Shown here in pieces: positions 49,824 to 60,000 of a stretch of DNA of 64,000 bases. The DNA lies in the NCBI GenBank assembly GCA_036149055.1, contig JAYZQJ010000097.1:17456-81455 (forward strand), in the 5' to 3' direction. This DNA is from Myxococcota bacterium. Its GTDB lineage: Bacteria > Myxococcota_A > Polyangia > Polyangiales > Sandaracinaceae. Under the pieces are notes generated by a model that made no database searches, had not been told where the DNA came from, and saw only the letters and a program-made list of their open reading frames with translations. Made by a program: the position numbers and the translations under genes. The stretch's first letter is position 1; every line of letters starts with the position of its first letter.

Positions 49824-51152
49824 TCACAGCGTCGCTTGGAGCTGGAGACGCACGCGGTCTTCGCCGCGCTCGATCGCGTCGAAGTCGTCCCAGAGATGGA
49901 AGTAGTCGAGCTGGAGCTTGAAGGGGTGGCCCTCGAAGTAGAGGCTGATGGCGCCGCCGAGCTCGCCGCGGTCCTCGAGGCTGGTCGCGTCGCCGAGGCC
50001 GAGCACCATCGCGTAGCGCGCGCTCAGCTCGACGAAGGTGTCGGGCAGCAGGTAGCTCAGCTGCGCGAGGCCGCCGGCGCCGTTCTGGGCCGGGGTGATC
50101 GGGCCGTCGGTCCCGGGGTGGCGCTCGCCCCAGCGCAGGAGCGCGTCGATCTCCGCGCTGAAGCCCGCCCAGAGGAACATCACGTCGAGCGCCGCCTGGT
50201 GGGTGTCGGTGGTCCCGCCGTCCTCGGGGCGCGTGCCGGCGAGCCCGTCGATCCACGGGCTCTCGTGCAGGAACACGTAGCTCGCGCCGATCGCGAGCCG
50301 CGGAGAGGCGCGCCGTCGCAAGTCGCCCTGCGTGTAGCTGTCGAAGAGGCCGAGCGGCAGCACCTCCACGCGCGCCGAGTAGGCGAGGTTCGCGTCGTCG
50401 CCGACCAGCCCGTCGCGGCCCTCCCCCGCGCTCACGCCGGCGAAGTAGCGGAAGAAGCCCGCGCCGAAGAGGTCGTCCGAGCGCAGCCAGACGCCGAGGT
50501 CGCGGTCGAGCCGGAGCGCGCTGTCGACCACCGAGCGCTCGACCATCGCCAGCGCGCCGCTCGAGACGAGCCGCTCTCGCGCGTACGGCATCTTGCGCTG
50601 GCCGACCACCAGGGTGAGGTCGCGCAGGTAGTCGAAGATCAAGACGTAGTCGAGCAGCGGAGAGCGCTGCACGCCGGTCTCGGGCGTCCAGCCGAGGTCG
50701 TCGGGGGAGAAGGCGAGCTCGAGCTCGAAGCGGTTGTGCTCGCCGAAGAAGTGGCCGCTGAGGTCGAGGCGCGCTCGGCGGATGAGCACGTCGACGCTCG
50801 CGTCGGCGTCGGCGGGCGCCCGCACCTGCCCCCGGAACTGACCGCGCGCGCTGATGACCAGCCGGAAGCGCTCGTCGTCGCTCGCGACGCTCACCCCCTG
50901 GCCGGCCTGGAAGATCACGCCCCACCCGACCGGCGGGTCCTCGGTCGGGTCGGCGGTCACCGGGGCGACCGGGCTCTCCGCGGGCTCGGGCTCCTCGCCC
51001 TCGACCGGCTCGTCCGCGGCCGCGCCCGGGGCCGTCTCCCCGTCGGCGGACGCCGGCTCCGGGTCGGTCTCCGGACCCTGGGCGCGCGCCACCGAGGCCA
51101 CCCCCACGGCCACGGCCAGCGCGAGCCCGATCGTCGATGGCAGGCGCGTCAC
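49824..51152 (-). CDS. Outer-membrane porin, OprO/OprP-like
   Basis: Signal peptide ARA-Q; IRRARLDLSG, VGQRKMPY..ERL.S, DRDLGV; terminal strand RVRLQLQATL. Confidence 0.85.
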   Translation of the reverse strand: MTRLPSTIGLALAVAVGVASVARAQGPETDPEPASADGETAPGAAADEPVEGEEPEPAESPVAPVTADPTEDPPVGWGVIFQAGQGVSVASDDERFRLVISARGQFRGQVRAPADADASVDVLIRRARLDLSGHFFGEHNRFELELAFSPDDLGWTPETGVQRSPLLDYVLIFDYLRDLTLVVGQRKMPYARERLVSSGALAMVERSVVDSALRLDRDLGVWLRSDDLFGAGFFRYFAGVSAGEGRDGLVGDDANLAYSARVEVLPLGLFDSYTQGDLRRRASPRLAIGASYVFLHESPWIDGLAGTRPEDGGTTDTHQAALDVMFLWAGFSAEIDALLRWGERHPGTDGPITPAQNGAGGLAQLSYLLPDTFVELSARYAMVLGLGDATSLEDRGELGGAISLYFEGHPFKLQLDYFHLWDDFDAIERGEDRVRLQLQATL

Positions 51153-51198
51153 GTGCGGGTGACACGTAGGCGTGCCCGCCCCTCAGTCAAGGTGAGGC

Positions 51199-51627
51199 TC
51201 ACCCGATCAGCGGTCCCTGGCCGACGATCGTCCAGGTCTCGTCGCGCCCGTCGAGGATGCCGACCTGGACCTCGGCCCGCGGGACCTCGTCGAGGGCGTC
51301 GAGGTTCACGGTCACGAAGTCGCCGCCGAGCATCTCCATGTGCCCGGTCCCGTAGACGTGCACGCCGCACACGGCGCAGAACACGAAGGCGCCGACCTCG
51401 GGCTTCGGCACGTAGCGCGCCTCGGTCCGGGCCTCGATCACGCGGAACGCGGAGGGCGGGATCAGCATCGTCACCGCGCCCCGCCTCCGGCAGAAGGTGC
51501 AGTTGCACCGGCAGGCCGCGTGGTACGGGGACGCCGGCTCGAGGACGTTCAGGTCCGCCTCCACCCGGAGGCCGCCGCAGTGGCAGCCCCCGCGGTAGGT
51601 GCGGGGCTCGCTCTTGGTCTGGGTCAT
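51199..51627 (-). CDS. GFA/CENP-V family Zn-binding protein
   Basis: YRGGCHCG, CNCTFC and FCAVCG. Confidence 0.9.
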   Translation of the reverse strand: MTQTKSEPRTYRGGCHCGGLRVEADLNVLEPASPYHAACRCNCTFCRRRGAVTMLIPPSAFRVIEARTEARYVPKPEVGAFVFCAVCGVHVYGTGHMEMLGGDFVTVNLDALDEVPRAEVQVGILDGRDETWTIVGQGPLIG

Positions 51628-51650
51628 GCCGAGACCCTGCCGGGCATCGC

Positions 51651-51665
51651 GGACAGTTTCGGTCC
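51651..51665. promoter_or_regulatory. Inverted repeat GGAC-N7-GTCC, candidate operator of the WYL regulator
   Basis: GGACAGTTTCGGTCC lies within the 61-bp divergent gap. Confidence 0.5.
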
Positions 51666-51688
51666 TCGACCTTCGCTATGCTCGCCGA

Positions 51689-52648
51689 ATGCTCGAGACC
51701 TCGGCCCGGCTGCTCCAGCTCCTGGCGCTGCTCCCCGAGCGCCGCGCGTGGACGGGCGCCGAGCTCGTCGCGCGGCTCGAGGTCACCCCGCGCACGCTCC
51801 GGCGCGACGTCGATCGGCTGCGGCGGCTGGGCTACCCGATCGAGAGCACGTCCGGACCGGCGGGCGGCTACGCGCTGGCCGCCGGGCGCGCGGTGCCGCC
51901 GCTCTCGTTCGAGCCGGGCGAAGTGGTCGCGGTGGCGCTCGGGCTGAGCCTGGTCGGCCTCGAGGCGGGCACGCGCTCGGTGCGGGAGGCGGCGGAGAGC
52001 GCGGTCTCGAAGGTCGAGCAGGTGCTGCCGACCCGGCTGCGCGATCGCCTCCGCCGGCTGCGCGCCGCGGTGCACGGATCGGGCGCGCGCGCGGCCCTCG
52101 CCCCGGTCGCGGAGCTCGCCGCGGCCTGCGCCGATCGGCGGGTCGCGCGCTTCGTCTACGCGCGCGCCGACGGCGTGGAGTCCGACCGCGAGGTGGAGCC
52201 CCACGGCGTCACCCTGTCGGGCGGGCGCTGGTACCTCGTCGCCCACGACCGCGGCCGCGGCGACTGGCGCACCTTCCGCGTCGACCGCGTCGCCTCCCCG
52301 ATCACGCTCGGCGGCGGCTTCGTGCCGCGGCAGGCGCCGGCCGACGATCTCGGCGAGTGGGTCGTCGCCGGCCACGCCGCGCACCGCTGGCCGCTCGAGG
52401 GTCGCGTCGTCTACGCCGTCCCCGCCGAGGCGCTGCGCGCCCGCGTGCCCGAGCGCTACGCGACCGTCGAGGCGATCGACCCGGACACCAGCCGCCTGGT
52501 GGTCACCGGCTCCTCCTGGGAGTCGATGGCCGCCTGGCTCGCCGTGCTCGGCGCCCCGCTCGCGGTCGAGGGCCCGGAGGCGCTGCGCGACGCGGTGACC
52601 GCGCTCGCCGCGCGGCTCGAGGCGGCGACCCGGCGCGGCGTCGTATAG
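51689..52648 (+). CDS. HTH_11-WYL (YafY-like) transcriptional regulator
   Basis: MLETSARLLQLL; LEVTPRTLRRDVDRLRRLGYPI; REVEPH..GRWYLVAHD...DWRTFRVDR. Confidence 0.93.
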   Translation: MLETSARLLQLLALLPERRAWTGAELVARLEVTPRTLRRDVDRLRRLGYPIESTSGPAGGYALAAGRAVPPLSFEPGEVVAVALGLSLVGLEAGTRSVREAAESAVSKVEQVLPTRLRDRLRRLRAAVHGSGARAALAPVAELAAACADRRVARFVYARADGVESDREVEPHGVTLSGGRWYLVAHDRGRGDWRTFRVDRVASPITLGGGFVPRQAPADDLGEWVVAGHAAHRWPLEGRVVYAVPAEALRARVPERYATVEAIDPDTSRLVVTGSSWESMAAWLAVLGAPLAVEGPEALRDAVTALAARLEAATRRGVV

Positions 52649-52765
52649 ACGCGTCGAAGCGAACGGCTCTCACACGAAGAGGCAGGCAGGTCATCGACAC
52701 GCGACGCGTGCGACTCCGAGTCTGGCTCCTCGCCTCGGGGCAGGCTCACGCCGAAGGAGCGTAGG

Positions 52766-54346
52766 ATGCGCCGCATGCACAGGGTTGGAGAGCTGGTCCT
52801 CGCGCTGACGGCGCTGAGCGCGGGGTGCGGAGGCGCCCCCTCGGCGCCCGAGCCTCCGCGCGGCGAGGCGCTCGCGCCGCGGGAGAGTCCGCGCGCGGAG
52901 ATCGATCCGTCGAGCGGGGCCACGTGGACGCGCGCGCTCTCGACCTGGTTGCCGGTCCGCCCCGAGGACGCGGACGCGGTCGAGTGGATCTACGTCGAGG
53001 GCCGCAACACGGGGTCCGCGCAGCTCCGCGGCCGTCTCGTGCTCGTCAGCCTGCGCTCGGGACGTGGGCGCGAGCGTCTGGCGCAGGTCGACGGCCCGGT
53101 CACCGTCGCGGTCGACGCCGACGCGCTGGGAGACCCGGACGTCGTGCGGGAGCTGCGCGCGCTGGCGGAGCGGGCGCCGCTCGGCCTCGCCACCGATCGG
53201 GACTGCGACACACGGGACGTCGCGTGGCCCGGCGTCCGGATGCTCGACGCCGAGCACCTCCACGACGCGCCGTCGCTGGCGCCGCTGCGGTCGCTCCACA
53301 CCCTGCACCTCCGAGACGGCGGAGCCCTCGCGGGGCTGCCCGCGCTCCCCGCGCTGCGGCGCGTCGTCGCCTCCGGCCCGATCACCGACGCGCGCGCCCT
53401 CGCGAGCCTCCCCGCGCTGCGAGAGCTGCGGCTGAGCGAGCTGGACGACGGCGCGCTCGAGGCGATCGGCGCGCTCGACGGGCTCGAGGTCCTCCACGCG
53501 CTCGGCCCCTCGATCACCGACCGGGGCGTCGCCGCGCTCGGCGCGCTCCGTGCCCTGCGCGAGCTCCGGCTCGGCGGCACCATCGGAGACCCCGGTCTGG
53601 CGGTCATCGCCGGGCTCGAGCGGCTCGAGCGGCTGAGCCTTCACCGCCCCGCGGTGACCGACGAGGGGCTGGCCGCGCTCGGCGCGCTGAGGCGCCTGCG
53701 TGCGCTCGAGCTCGCCGGCGCGAGCGTCAGCGACGAGGGGGTGGCGCACCTGGAGGGGCTGGAGGCGCTGCGCGAGCTCGATCTCTCCCGGAGCCGCGTC
53801 CGAGGGCGAGGCCTCGGGCGGCTCGGCGGCGGGCACGGGCTCACGCACCTGTCGATGAGCCTCACGCCCCTGGACGACGCGGGGCTCGCCACGCTCGCGG
53901 GCGCGCCGCTCGAGCAGCTCGACGTGTCGGAGACCCGGGTCACCGCGACCGGGCTCACCGCCCTGGACCTGACGCGGCTCGTCGCGCTCGACGCCCACTC
54001 CATCTCCCTCGACTCGGAGGGGCTCGCCGCCATCGTCGCCCGCACCCCCGCGCTCCGGGAGCTCGACGTGGGCGGCACGCGCATCCGGGAGCTGGACGCC
54101 CTGGCGGGCCTCGACTCGCTGCGCGCGCTCGACCTGACCCACACCGCCGTCGACGACGCCTCGATCGGCGCGCTGAGCCAGCTCCCCGCGCTCCGAGAGC
54201 TGGTGGTGGCGTTCACCGCCGTGGGGGATCCCGGCCTCTCCACCATGGCACGCTTCCCTGCGCTGCGTCGCGCGAACACGACCGGGAGCCGCGCCTCGGA
54301 CGCCGCGAGGTCGGAGCTGCGTCGCGCGCTCGACGCGCGGCGCTGA
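52766..54346 (+). CDS. Leucine-rich repeat lipoprotein
   Basis: Lipobox SAGC; many 24-aa LRELxLxxTxVTDxGLxxL repeats. Confidence 0.88.
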   Translation: MRRMHRVGELVLALTALSAGCGGAPSAPEPPRGEALAPRESPRAEIDPSSGATWTRALSTWLPVRPEDADAVEWIYVEGRNTGSAQLRGRLVLVSLRSGRGRERLAQVDGPVTVAVDADALGDPDVVRELRALAERAPLGLATDRDCDTRDVAWPGVRMLDAEHLHDAPSLAPLRSLHTLHLRDGGALAGLPALPALRRVVASGPITDARALASLPALRELRLSELDDGALEAIGALDGLEVLHALGPSITDRGVAALGALRALRELRLGGTIGDPGLAVIAGLERLERLSLHRPAVTDEGLAALGALRRLRALELAGASVSDEGVAHLEGLEALRELDLSRSRVRGRGLGRLGGGHGLTHLSMSLTPLDDAGLATLAGAPLEQLDVSETRVTATGLTALDLTRLVALDAHSISLDSEGLAAIVARTPALRELDVGGTRIRELDALAGLDSLRALDLTHTAVDDASIGALSQLPALRELVVAFTAVGDPGLSTMARFPALRRANTTGSRASDAARSELRRALDARR

Positions 54347-54404
54347 CGAGGCGCGCGGGGTTCGCCGACGAGGACCTCGACGCCCGCCCCCGAGCGCGTC
54401 GACG

Positions 54405-55625
54405 TCAGGGAACGATGACGTAGAAGCGCGGGTCATGGCGCAGGCCCTCGCCCAGCATGTAGTGGAATCCGTCCTGACCGGTCACCGCGCCCCGCCCGCG
54501 GAGGTCGAGCGGGATCCCGTTCCGGTTCCAGTGGACGTCGAGCGTGTGCGCGTGGAGCGCCAGAGAGCTCGGACCCCCGGCCAGCCAGCCGCCGTGCACG
54601 GGGCTCAGCCACGTCGCGCCCGGGACCCAGCCGACCTCCGTGACGCCGACCGGCGTCACCTCGGCCACCTGGAGCCCGCTCACCGTGCCACGCTGGCTGC
54701 CCCCCACGGCCCAGAGAGTGCGCTCGGCCTCCTCGAAACGCAGCCGAGTCCACGGGCCCCGTGGCCTCAGCGCGCCGATGTCCGAGCTCTCCAGGGTGCT
54801 CGCGTTCACCCCGAACAGGCGCGCCTCCCCGGTGGCCGACTCGTCGGACAGCCCGTACACGCGACCGCTGACCGCGCCGATGTCGCGCAGCACCTCCGCG
54901 CCCTCCTCTCGCGCCGCGACGACCCTCCCATCCTCGAGATCGAGTCGGACCAGGACCGCGCGGTCCGCGCCCGCCCGGATCAGCGCGACGACGGTGCCGT
55001 CGCCGAGGAGCGTCGCGGCGAAAGCGGTCGAGCTCCCGTCCTGCACGAGCTCCGACACCCGGGTGGTCCAGCGGACCTCCCCCTCCACGGTGACCGCCGA
55101 GACGGCCAGGCCGGCCGTCGGGCCCCTCACGCCCGCCTGGCCCAGTCCCACGAGGAGCTCGGACCCTCGCTCGATGAGCGAGCTGACCCCGAGGATCTGC
55201 CCGCCCTCCCAGAGCTCGTCCGCGGTGACGACCACCCGCCCGTCGGCGCCGTCCTCGGGGGTCGCCACGATGAAGCCGGTGCAGGCCGTCAGGAGGTCTC
55301 CTCCCGCCGCGCCGACCAGCCAGGTCCCGCATTCCTCGACGGGGTATCGAACCGTGAAGACGTTCCCCGTGCTGACGCACAGCGCGCAACCATCGAGGAG
55401 ATCGTCGTTGCCGTCGTCGCACGTCTCGTCGGAGGCGCGCTGGAGCAGGCCGTCGCCGCACGCGCTCGGCACGCAGGCGGTCGTGCAGCTCCCGGTGTCG
55501 GCGTTGGCCGCGCCTTCGTCGCACGACTCTCCGGGGTCGAGGCGCCCGTCGCCGCAGCGCGGTGGGGCGCACCCGGCCAGGAGGGAGATACAGAGAAGAC
55601 AGGTCAGTTCACGTAAGCAAGGCAT
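54405..55625 (-). CDS. Lipoprotein with myxobacterial disulfide repeats (CGDG...ExCDDG) and a beta-rich domain
   Basis: Lipobox LAGC; CGDGRLDPGESCDEG and CGDGLL...ETCDDGN. Confidence 0.8.
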   Translation of the reverse strand: MPCLRELTCLLCISLLAGCAPPRCGDGRLDPGESCDEGAANADTGSCTTACVPSACGDGLLQRASDETCDDGNDDLLDGCALCVSTGNVFTVRYPVEECGTWLVGAAGGDLLTACTGFIVATPEDGADGRVVVTADELWEGGQILGVSSLIERGSELLVGLGQAGVRGPTAGLAVSAVTVEGEVRWTTRVSELVQDGSSTAFAATLLGDGTVVALIRAGADRAVLVRLDLEDGRVVAAREEGAEVLRDIGAVSGRVYGLSDESATGEARLFGVNASTLESSDIGALRPRGPWTRLRFEEAERTLWAVGGSQRGTVSGLQVAEVTPVGVTEVGWVPGATWLSPVHGGWLAGGPSSLALHAHTLDVHWNRNGIPLDLRGRGAVTGQDGFHYMLGEGLRHDPRFYVIVP

Positions 55626-55842
55626 GCCTCCAAGGTGCCACTCGGCGTCGAGCCGTGCAGCCCCGGGCGACCCACGTCCGCGCAGCAGCGACGCGTCAGG
55701 CCGCTACCGCTCGCGCCTACGCACGACTACGAGGCCCAGCAGCGTCGCCGTCGCGCGGACGGCTACGAGCGCGCGGGCGGCGACATGCTCCTCGTGAACG
55801 GCCACGGAGTGGGCGCTGGGGTGGACGCCGCCGGCGGTGCCC

Positions 55843-56541
55843 TCAGAGCTCGATCCCTTCGTGCGCGACGAGGCGGGCCAGCGCCTCCTCCATGAGCGCG
55901 CGCGCCCGTCCGGTCTCGCGGTGCAGCATGCCGTGGACCTCGGCGTCGGCGTCGCCGCGGTCCTCGCACTGGGCCGAGTAGCGCTCGAAGGCGGCCAGCG
56001 AGCTGACGAGCTGCGAGAGGTGGTTCGGGCACTCGCAGTCGACGGCGCTCTGGATCTCCATCAGGCGACCGAGCTGCGCGGGGGTGAAGCGTCGCGGCGG
56101 GTTCGTCCCTCGAGGCGCCGCCGGCGGCGCCGCGGAGGCGGCCGCCGCCAGGGTCGCCCGAGAGGCGCTCGCCCCGCCGAACAGCTGCTTCACGACGACG
56201 CTCATCATCTGGGAGCGCAGCCGCTCGGGAGACACCGGCGCCTTCACGACCCGGCGACGCCCGCCCTCGTAGCTCGACAGCTCCTCTCGCCTCGCGAACT
56301 CGTACAGCAAGATGACGAGCTCCAGGCTCTCGAGGCGCTCGAGCCGCTGGAGCATCTCGGTGGGATGAGGCTCCAGCAGCGACAGCGAGCAGACCAGGAC
56401 GTGGGGGGCGACCTCGGGCGCCCGTCCGAGCAGGTCGTGGACGTCGGTCCCCGCCCAGACCACCTCGATCCCTTCGAAGGCGCCAGGGTTCTCGGCCACC
56501 TGCGCGGGGAGCGTCTCGTCGAGGATGGCGATGCGGGTCAT
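55843..56541 (-). CDS. Hypothetical protein with degenerate receiver-like N-domain and CECP-H..AFExYS..C C-terminal domain
   Basis: Start MTRIAILDE; motif VDCECPNHL...LAAFERYSAQC; host-like GC3. Confidence 0.72.
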   Translation of the reverse strand: MTRIAILDETLPAQVAENPGAFEGIEVVWAGTDVHDLLGRAPEVAPHVLVCSLSLLEPHPTEMLQRLERLESLELVILLYEFARREELSSYEGGRRRVVKAPVSPERLRSQMMSVVVKQLFGGASASRATLAAAASAAPPAAPRGTNPPRRFTPAQLGRLMEIQSAVDCECPNHLSQLVSSLAAFERYSAQCEDRGDADAEVHGMLHRETGRARALMEEALARLVAHEGIEL

Positions 56542-56715
56542 GCGCCGAGAGCTAGGTTCGGTTCCGGCCCGCGCCCAAGCGAAACCGACGCCGCTCCGAC
56601 CCACCAGCCGCGCGTCCCCATTCGGGAACCCCCTCGGATCGGCGCTGGCTCCACGGTGTGAGAAGACCGGGACGGCAGCTTGACATCCGCCAGCGACTCT
56701 TGCAGACACGCGTCC

Positions 56716-56931
56716 ATGAGTCGTCCCGCGCGCGCCCGCAACGCTCCGTCCGAGTGGTGTCACCACCGCGCGCTGCGGTGCGAGGCCTGCGGCGCGGAGG
56801 GCTGCGGTCAAGCCGACTGCCTCGCCCACGCGTTCGACGCGGTCCGCGAGGGCGACCAGCTGACCCTCATCTGCCGCGGCTGCCAGGCCGAGCGCAGCGA
56901 GCCCGCGCGCCTCCGCGGCGTCGACGGCTGA
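56716..56931 (+). CDS. Small Cys/His-rich putative Zn-finger protein (71 aa)
   Basis: CHH, CEAC, C-x4-C-xx-H and CRGC; TTGACA at 56680-56685 upstream. Confidence 0.55.
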   Translation: MSRPARARNAPSEWCHHRALRCEACGAEGCGQADCLAHAFDAVREGDQLTLICRGCQAERSEPARLRGVDG

Positions 56932-57072
56932 GGTCGGAGTCGGGCTGGCGAGGCACGGGACCGCGGTCGCAGGACCGTCCGGGGGCGGGAGCACGGACGA
57001 CGTCGACCTATCCTCGATCGCGGGCGCGCAGTACCCTTTGTGCCCCCACGGTACGGGCGGAAGGGAAGAGAC

Positions 57073-60000
57073 GTGCGCGCGAAGATGGCGTTGAGGAGGT
57101 TCACCCTGGAGGCGGCCGGCGGCTTCCGGGGCAAGGACGCGGGCGAGCAGTTCGCGCGCGGGCTGATCGGCTGCTTCGGCGCCCTCGAAGACGGCGCGCC
57201 CGAAGGGCTGACGTTCGGGCACCAGCTCGAGGTGGTCGACCAGGGCAAGCGCGGCACCCGAACCTTGAGCGCCTGGTGGGCGCCCCGGCGCGTGGTGGTC
57301 GACGTGACCGACCGAGACGCGGTGCTGGACGCCGCCTGGAGCGAGCTGCTCCGGGCCTGCCTCCAGATGGACAGCGAGCCGCAGTACGTGGTGCTGACCA
57401 ACCAGCGGGACGTGCGGCTCTACGACCTGGCGCGAGATCGCGGCGCGCCTCGGCTCAGCGTCGCCCTGGACGAGCTGCCGAAGTACAGCGAGGCGTTCCC
57501 GTTCTTCGAGCCCGACTGGGTGCCGGGCACGACGCCGAAGATCATCAACGTCGACAAGGTGAGCAAGGAGGTCGCGGACCTGGTGGCCAAGGTGTACCGC
57601 GCCCTCGCCGCGTCGAACCCCGGCCGCACCGAGGACGTCACCCGGTTCACGCTCCAGTGCATCGTGGCGATGTTCTCCGAGGACATCGGCCTGCTGCCCA
57701 AGGAGTACTTCACCACGCTGCTCTACCGCGCGGCCGAGGAGGGCGACGCGGCGGAGCGGCTGGCCGAGCTGTTCCGCGACATGGCCACCGAGGGCAGCGA
57801 CTCGGGGGTCCCCTACTTCAACGGCGGGCTGTTCACCGACCCGGTGAGCATCGAGATCGGTGAGGCGCCGCTGAGAGCCCTGACCAAAGCGAGCGAGGCG
57901 AACTGGACCTTCGTCGACCCGCACATCTTCGGCAGCGTCTTCCAGGGCATCATGGACGACGACGAGCGCCACGCGAGCGGGGCCCACTACACCGCGCGCG
58001 AGGACATCATGAGCGTCGTGGGGCCGACCATCGTCGAGCCGTGGCGCGAGCGCATCGGCGCCGCGTCGACGCTCTCCGACCTGCAGGAGCTCTTGAGGGA
58101 GCTGAGCCAGTTCAGGGTGCTCGACCCCGCGTGCGGCAGCGGCAACTTCCTCTACGTGGCCTTCCGCGAGCTCTACAAACTGGAGACGGAGATCCTCTGC
58201 CGCGCCTACGAGTTCGCCTCGGTGAAGAAGGGCGGCAAGGTCAGCTGGGCCAGCGGCATCCGCACCACTAACTTCTACGGCATCGACATCAACCCCTTCG
58301 CGGTCGAGCTGGCGAAGACCACCCTGAACATCGCGAAGAAGATCGCCCACGAGGAGCGCAAGGCGACCGTGATCGAGCTGTTCGAGCAGAACCTGCTCGA
58401 CACCGATCCGTCGCTCCCGCTCGACAACCTCGACGAGAACATCCTGTGTGCGGACGCGCTGTTCACCGAGTGGCCGGAGGTGGACGCGATCGTGGGAAAC
58501 CCGCCGTTCTTGGGTGGCAAGAAGGTTCGACGAGAGCTCGGGACCGCGTACGGCAAACGTCTCCGCGACCGCTATCCGGAGGTGCACGGTGGCGCCGACT
58601 TCTGTGTCTACTGGTTCCGGCGGGCTCACACTCGCCTGCCGGACGTCGGACGGGCCGGACTTATCGGAACGAGCGGAATCCGGGTGGGCAACTCCCACAA
58701 AGCTAGCTTGGCCTTCATCACAGCCACCGACGGTACGATCTGCCACGCCATTTCAGAGCGAGAGTGGCCAGGCGATGCCGTGGTCCATGTGTCGATCGTT
58801 AACTGGACCAAGGGCCCACACCGCGGCCCCCATCGCCTCATTGTGGGCGACCGGGTTGTATCTCTGCAGGCAATACCTTCGCATCTACAGCTACACACTG
58901 ATACCGGCAGTGCAGTTAAACTGTCCGCCAACTCCGGCGGATGTTCGACCGGAGTCGACTTCGGCACCAAGAGCTTCTATCTGAGCACCGACGACATCGG
59001 AAGGCTTGCGGACGACAGCCCGAACCTCACGTCCTTCGTCAAGGTCGTAGCCACAGGCGACTCGCTCTTGGCTGGCCGCATCGCTGATCTCGCCTTGGAC
59101 TTCAGCACCAGCTCCACCGAGGCGGAAGCCCGGGCTCTCGGTCCGAAATCAGTTTGGAAGTTGCTCCGCGAGAGGGTCTACCCCGTCGTGCAGGCGAAGG
59201 GCAGCGGCGACAACGGCTGGAAGAAGCGGTGGTGGCAGCCGAGAAGACCGTATCGGAAGTTCTTCGACGAAGCAGATCGTCTGGACAGGTACATCGCATG
59301 CGGGAGACCCCAGGCTCGCCCGATCTTCATGTTTATCTCTGCGGCATTCCTACCGAGTTCGACGCTTCAGCTGTTCGCACTGCACGACGACTACTCATTT
59401 GGCATACTTCAGTCTCGGTTGCACTGGGCCTGGACACGAGCAAAGGGCACCCGGCTGAAGGCCGACGTTCGGCACACCGCGCAGGTCTGGGAGACGTTTC
59501 CATGGCCTCAGCAACCCGGTGAGGACGAAGTAGAAGCCGTTGGGCAGGCAGCTCAGCGGCTACGTGCCGTCCGGCATCAACTGATGGAAGAAAACGGTTG
59601 GTCCCTACGCGACCTCCACCGCTCGGCTGAGGTCGAAGGGCCGCACCCTCTCAAGGAGGCGCAGGCCGCGCTCGACGCCGCGGTCGAGGCGGCGTACGGC
59701 AAGCCGGCCGATCAGGAGGCGACCGAGTTCTTGCTCGAGCTGAACCAGATCCTCGCCGAGGACGAGGCGGCGGGCGAGACCATCCAGGGCCCGGGGCTGC
59801 CAGCCGGCCTCGACCCGAAGGACCCGCGCTGGTTCTCCACCGACTGCATCGAGCCGCCGCCCCTCCCGGACGCCGGGGAACAGGTCTGGCAGGGCTTCGC
59901 GCTTGGGGAGCAGGTGGCCGCTGAGTTCGAAGGAGAAGAGTGGGTTGGAGAGGTAGTCGATCCAGCCGACTACGAGGAGCCCCTCGAGCGCGGATGCATC

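Noticed and set aside
55635..55842. Coding-like stretch (DYEAQQRRRRADGYERAGGDMLL)
   Set aside because: No convincing start, overlaps the convergent gene, no recognisable family; at most a remnant.
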